A DNA stretch of 63,926 bases, filler included, from Vannella sp. (Eukaryota), in the NCBI GenBank assembly GCA_023345925.1. It is 6 parts of 6 records of this genome, joined end to end, with 100 filler letters (N's around TTAATTAATTAA, not from the genome) between each part and the next. Parts side by side here need not be neighbours in the genome. Positions count along the whole stretch, not along the records: positions 48,486 to 61,019 come from JAJQQN010000242.1; positions 61,120 to 63,926 come from JAJQQN010001410.1; 4 more parts are not named here. One strand, 5' to 3'. The position numbers and the translations under genes are program-made. The notes under the pieces are model-generated. The model saw only the letters and a list, made by a program, of their open reading frames with translations, had not been told where the DNA came from and did not search any database. Positions 57,100 through 63,926 of this stretch are shown here, one piece after another (position 1 is the stretch's first letter; each line of letters begins with the position of its first letter).

Positions 57100-59888
57100 T
57101 TATGAAGTGGACTTGTCCGGGCGGACTGCCGATTCGGAGCGAGTGCGATTGACTCCAAGGAACATCCTTCTTCCAGTGCCCTCTGGTCTGCTTGGCGGTG
57201 AAGAGGAAACGGGAGACTGGAGGACAGGAGAAGAAGACTCCTCTGTTTGGCCTGGTGGCTCCAATGGGGGATGGCTTTGTGGTTCCTGTGGGTCTGAGAC
57301 GGGCGGTTCCAGCGCGGGAGGGTCGTGAGAGGGAGGGGCAGGAACAGGAATGCCAGTGCGCGGGGGTGAGGCTCTCTGGGAACCGTCCACATTCATTCTT
57401 GATGCGGGCTTGCTCGGTTGGCTGGCCATGCGCCGAAGGGGAGCTTTCTCTCGGTTCTGTCTTGACAAAGAGGAATGACTTGGGGAGCTGCTGGCGCGCT
57501 CTATTTCTGTGGAAGGAGTTTGGTCAGAAAATTTTGATGTTGGTGGGGACGGATAGGTTTGCCGAGCTCCTCTCGGTGCTCCCCGACCAGCAGAAGGATT
57601 CTGGGCCCGACGTTCTACTTGAGGACTCCCTCGCCCGCGCGGTGAGAAACCGCGCACTCGAGATATCTCATTGTTTGCCCGGCCCAGGCGTTGTGAAAGA
57701 TCATTCTTTGAGTTCTCTAGCTCTTCTACTTTGCGTTTGAGTGCGATTATCTCCTCGCGGAGAGTTTCTTCTTGAAGAAGAAGCTCTTCAACGGCTTCTT
57801 CGGGCTTCCTCGGTTCAACTCGGAGAGAGATTCGATAGGCTTCTTGTTCGTCAACGGTTTCTAAAGTCTTCAAGAACTCTTGGAGTGCTGGAATTGCAGC
57901 CAGAGTCTTGTAGCCGATGCGCTGGTATTGTTGAATCTCTCCAATTACAGCAGCGACTTTGTAGCGCTTGTCTACATTGACCAGGCTCCCATCGTTGTTC
58001 TGATTCCCGTCCTCAATAAATGTGAGATCGGTTAGATAGGTGCCCAAGTAGGGAATAGTGGGCGGGTCGCAATGGTGGAGGATCTCTCTGTAGGCCCGGT
58101 AGTTGCCCTCGTGGCTAAGCATCGCTTCCAAATGACTCAGTTTGGATTTACTTGATGTGGATAGTTCCTCCCACGTCTTCTTAAGCCTCCGAACGGACGA
58201 ACTATTGATACCAGAGAGAATCTCATTCACTCCGTTGTAGTTGTTGAGCTCGAAGAGCTTTTGGCCTAAATTAATGAACTTTGTGAGAGCCAAGACTCTG
58301 TCAGCCATTCTTAATTGACGAACAATATTGAATTGCACCCAGCGAGAGGTCTACCACCGTGTGAGTACCAAAAGTGACCTAAAAGGGGTGGCTTACCCTA
58401 TTGAACTGCTCTATCATAGATAACACGTTCGGAGAGCGCTCCTTATTCTTACTCCAATTGAGATTCAGAGTCTCTTTCGCTGAAATAGCTCGATAAATAG
58501 CAAACTCCAGAACGCATATTTGCTGCGCCACCTCCGTTTCATCCATCTGCAACCAATCAAATCCATTTTGGCTGCCCAAAGTCACTTCGACCTTGGGAGC
58601 GGACAAACATTTCGATGAGCGCTTATCTAAACGCTTCTGCAGGATGTGATTAAGTTGCGCAGATGGCGCTTCCATGGTCTTGCCCATCTTATTAATCAAA
58701 TCCACCAAAGCCATGTTGAGTGACTCGTCATCGATAAAGTCATCCGTATAACTCTCTATCCACGCTTTCACTACTCCCACGACGCGCAGCTGAATCGTCT
58801 TGAGGCGAGACTCTTTTGCATCTGTGCAGCAATGGAAGCGCTCGTCTAGCTTCTGGAGGAGCTGGTGCGGGTCCATGAAGGAGCGGTAAGTCAACATGAA
58901 GACATTCCGGAACTTGATGTCGGGGTACACCTCATGCGTGAGCCTCTCGATCAGCTTGTTGATAGAGGCAGCCTTGATACGAGGAATACCATCCATATCG
59001 TCAGCATCAAAGGGCGCAAACTTGATGTCATCGCTCTCTTCCTCTTTGTATTCGTCCGTGTCAGCCAGTCCGTCTCCGCTAGCGCCTTGTAAGTTAAAGA
59101 TGTTTGACATGGAGGGAGAGGTGAGGGCTTTGCTCCTCATTTCAGCCCGCTCTGCCTTTTCCACGCGCTCGCGCTCCTTTCGTTCGGCCTTTTCCTTCTC
59201 TCTGCGGTCAGCTTTGTCCTTCTCCTTCTCTCTCTTCTCTTCCTTCGTCATCTTCAGTGTACCTGATGAAGAGAGGGAGTTGGGAGGGGTAGAGCCAGTA
59301 GATGTGGAGAGAAGGGTCTTCTTCCGAGTATCGAGTACGTCCGGGAGAGCTGTGACCTTCTGACCCAGTCGCAGTTGCAACCCAGACGTATCCATGAGAC
59401 TAAGTTCGTGTATCTCCTTGAGAATCGCCTGGTCGAAGGAGGAGGAGTCGCAGTCGAGCAAGAGCCCAACGGCCGAGGCCAAGTTCTCGATGATGAAGAA
59501 GTTCTGAAGGTCGATAGGCTACCCCAACCTCACATTAGAAGACACAAAAGAATGCACGGGTGACAGACCTGCAGAGTGTAGCGAGTGTCGTCGTCTCGAA
59601 ACGAAGCAAACGAAGAGCAGCTGATGAGAGAAGCATTGAGAAGGTAGCCCCCAATTGCCATCGCCTCTGCCGAGGAAACACCAAACAGAGTGATCATCTT
59701 CTCCACAGCATCCCGCCCTGACCCACAGAGTGAGCCAAACTTCAAGAACAGCCTGCACCAGCCAAGCACCCACCCAGGAAGTAGTTGGAAGTCGTCCGCA
59801 GGCCCACTTTCTTTGTAAACAACCTCAAATCAAACTCCGGAGTGCGGTAACTCGCCGCTACGATCACCACAGCCGCCGGAACGTCCAT
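57100..59888 (-). CDS. Ras guanine nucleotide exchange factor (DEP-like + REM + CDC25 domains, coiled coil, Pro-rich tail), spliced
   Basis: IKAASINKLIERLT...FMLTYRSF, EVAQQIC, ELNNYNG...RLKKTW, PPTIPYLGTYLTDLTFIEDGN. N-terminal AEAMAIGGYLLNASLI...FRDD..RY is DEP-like. Confidence 0.88.
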
Positions 59889-59994
59889 CGAATGCCCCTC
59901 CAGCGGAGGGCTGTTTAAATGCCCGCCTTTCAAGGGGCGGCCTAAAATCATCTAAAAATTCTAGTTTTCCTCATTTCAAGCGAGTTGGAAGAGG

Positions 59995-61019
59995 ATGAAG
60001 CTGAAGGTCGTGTCGGACATCCATTTGGAGTTTATTGGGGCACGTGCGGCGTTGCCAGACATCTGTGACAATACGGATGCTATTGGGTTGTTGGGGGACA
60101 TCGGGAACCCGTTAAAGCCGGAGTATCGCGAGTTCCTGTGGGAGATGAGCGACCGGTTTGGTCAAGTGTTTGTTGTGGCGGGGAACCACGAGTACTATGC
60201 TAATGAGGTGTCTCTAACGAACCGTTTGATTGAGAGTATCTGCGCGCAGCGTGATAATCTGCACTTCCTCAATGCTTCGAGTGTGAAGTGGGGCGACTTT
60301 CTCGTTTTGGGAGCCACTCTTTGGGCGTACGCTCCGCCTGAGCATCGGGCTGCTATTGAAGCTGCTTCTACTGATCACCACAAGATCATCTCACGCATCG
60401 AGCCTTCCCTTTTGCCTTCCCTGGAAGAGGCAGAACATTTGAACCTCGGGCAGCACTGGGAAAAGCTTCAAACTCACGGTACCCGCTTCTCTATTGAGGA
60501 GAAGCAAGCAATGCATCAAGAACAGTTGTCCTGGCTTCGCTCGGAGCTTGAAAAAGCGCGCCAAACGGGACAAAAAGTCGTCATTCTCACACATCACGCT
60601 CCCACCAACCGGAAGAGCCTTCCTTGGAAGGTTTTACAGCACCTTCCTGAGCAAGCTGACTCGTACAGTGACTTGGAGTATCTTATGGAAGAGTATGACA
60701 ACCTCATCTTGTGGGGATTCGGTCATACGCACTATAACTGCGACCAAATGGTCTCTGGGACTCGTGTTGTGAGCAACCAGCTGGGATACGTTCGCCGCAC
60801 CAACCCAACCTTCGATGGGAGCTTAGAATTGGATGTGACAATGAATGAAGAGACTCTCTTGGCTGTCTCCCAAGAGCGGCAAGCCGCACTGAGTCTCATT
60901 CAAGAAGAGTTGGACAGACAAGCAGAATTAGCCCACAAAGGAGCATCTAAACCTGCTCTACCAGCCAGCAATACTATTACTTCAAGCCCTCACACCCAAG
61001 AGCGATCCAAATGTGCAAT
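59995..61019 (+). CDS. Calcineurin-like metallophosphoesterase, intronless; runs off the contig end
   Basis: SDIHLEF, LLGDIG, VAGNHEYY, ATLW, THHAP, GHTH, SNQLGY. Confidence 0.88.
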
Positions 61020-61119
61020 NNNNNNNNNNNNNNNNNNNNNNNNNNNNNNNNNNNNNNNNNNNNTTAATTAATTAANNNNNNNNNNNNNNNNNNNNNNNNN
61101 NNNNNNNNNNNNNNNNNNN
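61020..61119. other. Artificial contig-join spacer
   Basis: N44-TTAATTAATTAA-N44. Confidence 0.98.
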
Positions 61120-62090
61120 TCTGATGGCTGTTGCGAACGGAGCATAGTCTCTCTCCCAAGGCGGAAGAGGGCAAAGAGGGCTGGGAAGCCCATACTGAAC
61201 AAGGCAACGAATCCGAGCTCCATCGGCTCGGTAAGGAAAGCGTAATACAAGATGAGGAAGAAATAAAGCACGATGGGACAGAGCGCGTGAGGGAGGGACA
61301 AGCGGCCAATGGGATGAAGAGGGTTCACCATCTCGATGAGCAAATAGATCCCAGTACAGAGCGTGGTGACCACAAACCAGCCCACAAAGTTGAGGAGCGG
61401 GACTCCAAAGAAGTATCCGTTCGTGTGCTCCCACTGCCAGATGTTGGAAGAGGTACTTCCGAGAGGATCTGCCACCACATCCCACCCGACTATGACCAGG
61501 CCTGTAGTGAGGGACAGGAGGATCAAGTTTGGTAGCTTCTGCTTCCAAGTAAGAAGGTAGTGACGAGCGCGTGTGTGCGACTGTCCATTGACGATAAGAT
61601 CAGCCAAACAGAAGCTGAGGTATTGGAAGACGAACCAGGAAAAGGGCACCTCCAACGGGACCTCAGAGATATGATAGGGGATGAGATCACTGTAGTGATA
61701 CGCACCAAAGATGACTCCCGTGAGGACACCAACCTCCTCCCACAGCCAAGAACCAACCAGGACGAGAAGCAAGTAAACAAGCGAGTTGAGCCAACCTAAG
61801 CCGAGGAGAGAGTGGAAGAAGCAGAAGAAGAGCACCAAGATAGGTGCAATAACATAGATAGGCCCTAAGATCTCCTGTATGCCCACCAACTGCACCGCCA
61901 TGTTGTACAACATGATGACGCCAAACGTGAGCACAAGCGCCACGTTGACTGCCAACGTCAGGTAACTAAGCTTCTTCCACACTCGCATCACCTTATCCTT
62001 GGCGATGATGGGTTGCATCCACTCAGGGATCGGCCCGTCGATCTCAGCTTCGATACCGCCCGCGTTGATGCGGTAAAGCTCCTGGGACAT
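61120..62090 (-). CDS. CruF-like carotenoid biosynthesis/hydratase-family membrane protein (DUF422/PF04240-like), 3'-truncated
   Basis: EEVGVLTGVIFGAYHYS, VPLEVPFSW, WDVVADP, WQW...YFFGVPLLNFVGWF; multiple TM helices. Confidence 0.78.
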
Positions 62091-62179
62091 CACAAATAAA
62101 TGGCTTCTTTGCGCTTGGAGAGGGTGAATAGTTCTTGAAGAAAGGGCGCATTGATATCAAACCTTCGAAGAAGACCATT

Positions 62180-63306
62180 ACGATGCCATCTGTGGGAACT
62201 TGCCCGAGGTTAAGGCCTTCTTGCAAGCCTACCCGGTTCTCTTAACAGTGTGCGTTCTCTGCTTCCTTCACTTCTCTGCTCCCTCGGGGGATGGGGAAGG
62301 AGAAGGAAGAAGGAGAGGAACTCTCCATAATGGGGATGCTTTTAGCGTGTAAGTGACTGATCCATCAGCCCTTTTCTTTCTGTTTCTGGGAAGGGGAAGG
62401 ACTCTCCATCAAGATGATGAAGAAGAGGAAGAGGAGAAGAACTCACCATAATGGGGATGCGCAGACCTTTCTTAAGTATGCCTCCTACAAGGGGCAGATT
62501 GAACTGGTCAAGTACTTGCTTGGTGTTCGTGGGATGGGAGTCAATGCGGTAGGTCTACTCTTCTAAATCAGAGCGGATACTCATCTTTCATCTCGTAGCG
62601 TGTGAGTCGACCACTCTCCCTCTCGATCCGTCTAGTTGAGGCCCCTAGAAGGATTAAGAAAGCGTCCAGGCACAATGGAAATACGTGCGCTTGTGGCCTT
62701 TATCCCTTGCAACACGCTTGCATCCTTTCGTCCCATCCAAGGGTCTCAACTCGACCGTGGGGTAGGGTCATGGAGTGCCTTTCTAACCATACCCTCTTTA
62801 GCCAGTAAGTCTACCTTTGAAAGGAAAAAAACGCTCCGTTCTGCAAGGAGGCTCCAGAACGATCAACGCTCACAAGAATGGTGTCTCTTAGTATGTAGGT
62901 AACCCCTTCGGCTCTCAAAGGCGAAAACTCATCCATGCGTATGTTATAGAGTGTAAGTACTGATCGCATATCACTGGATCAGTGAGGAGCCATAAAGGGT
63001 CTGCACTCGAAGGGAGCGCACTTCTCACGAAAAGGATGTTTGTTTAGAAAGTAGGTGACTCCCTCCTGATGCCAGAAGGACTCTCCCTTGCATGCAGAGC
63101 AAATTAACCAAATGGGATGCTCTTAGCGGGTAAGTGACTGTTTCGTCTTCAACAGGAGCCAAGAAGTACTCTCCTTGCGAAGGATGAACCCAAAGCGTGC
63201 CTCTTAAGACTGACATGAGGTTCAGACGGCTTTGGATTACGCTGTGAAAGAAGGGCATCACGAAGTGATCGATCTTCTCGTGGAAGCGGGCGGCGTTTGC
63301 AATCAG
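62180..63306 (+). CDS. Ankyrin-repeat exons (gene or pseudogene, structure unresolved)
   Basis: DAICGNLPEVKAFL (~62183-62247), TFLKYASYKGQIELVKYLL (62465-62548) and TALDYAVKEGHHEVIDLLVEAG (63226-63306). The latter two are flanked by CAG and GT. Confidence 0.55.
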
Positions 63307-63926
63307 GTGTGTTTCTTTCGAACAGAAGGGAGAGCTCACAAAAGAGTAGCCCAAAAAGCAGGCCAAACTCGACCAGTACTTGGCACAGAAGGGACCCAGC
63401 CAGTCGTCCTTGGAGTTGCACCACTAAAACATGACTTGACTTGCTATTGGGTTGGACAACACGTCCCAGGCACTCTTACTCATCACTGATCAAGAAGGAG
63501 AGGTTTGAGGGTTCTCATCCTTCCAAAGGGCACAAAGAGGGTCACTTCCAGAACCAAGCGGTTGGCAGACCAGCGATTGTCTCATTCCTGATTCCTCTGT
63601 TCCCGGACTCCTCCCTCCCACTGACTCTTCTCTTCATTATCTGTTGCTGGGATGGTTTGGGGGTGCTGGGAGCTTTGGTGGTGGTTGTGGTGAGTTGGTA
63701 TCACCTTTTGGCGGCTGCCAACGGCTGCTACTGTCAGCAGAGAGTGTAGTGTTTGCAGCGGCGTTTAGGAAGTATGTGGAATCAGCAGCGAGTTCTTATG
63801 TTGTGAGGGGAACATACATTGTACCGTGCGGTCACTTTGCTTACTTTGCAGAGGACTGGAAGCGGCGATGGCGTACTAGTCCTCCATAATACTTTGTAAG
63901 TTATGCCTAGGCATCTATTGGGAGGA

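Overview
This window is eukaryotic, not prokaryotic. It comes from a compact, ~50% GC protist-like genome with mostly 45-65 nt GT-AG introns, the standard code and very short intergenic gaps. An amoebozoan origin is plausible from the DEP-RasGEF, focadhesin and Furry content, but that is inference only. The window is six contigs joined by artificial 100-nt N/TTAATTAATTAA spacers (1-5853, 5954-32140, 32241-39951, 40052-48385, 48486-61019, 61120-63926), so adjacency across spacers is meaningless. Recognisable genes are an MDC1-like FHA/BRCT protein, purple acid phosphatase, a SAC1-domain phosphoinositide phosphatase, prohibitin-2, focadhesin-like, WD40-RING, eEF1B-gamma, LCL3-like nuclease, UTP7/WDR46, dihydrolipoamide dehydrogenase, Furry/MOR2, RCC1-repeat gene plus pseudogene, a TM-anchored FG nucleoporin, a tectonin+Vps62 protein, tRNA-Pro(AGG), a secreted LRR protein, ATG7, an atypical Rho, COPA, RasGEF, a metallophosphoesterase, a CruF-like protein and ankyrin exons. 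The main findings are: (1) a ~1180-aa charged helical protein with an exact 117-aa (40+40+37) super-repeat that suggests a molecular ruler; (2) an snR38/SNORD1-like C/D snoRNA in the eEF1B-gamma intron, the same host gene as yeast TEF4; (3) an LRR gene with one repeat per symmetric phase-2 exon; (4) a SAC1 + PH + dead 5-phosphatase + C2 fusion; (5) a POM121/Nup153-like hybrid nucleoporin; (6) a prokaryote-type CruF-like gene. All family calls are from motif recognition by eye; no database search was run.
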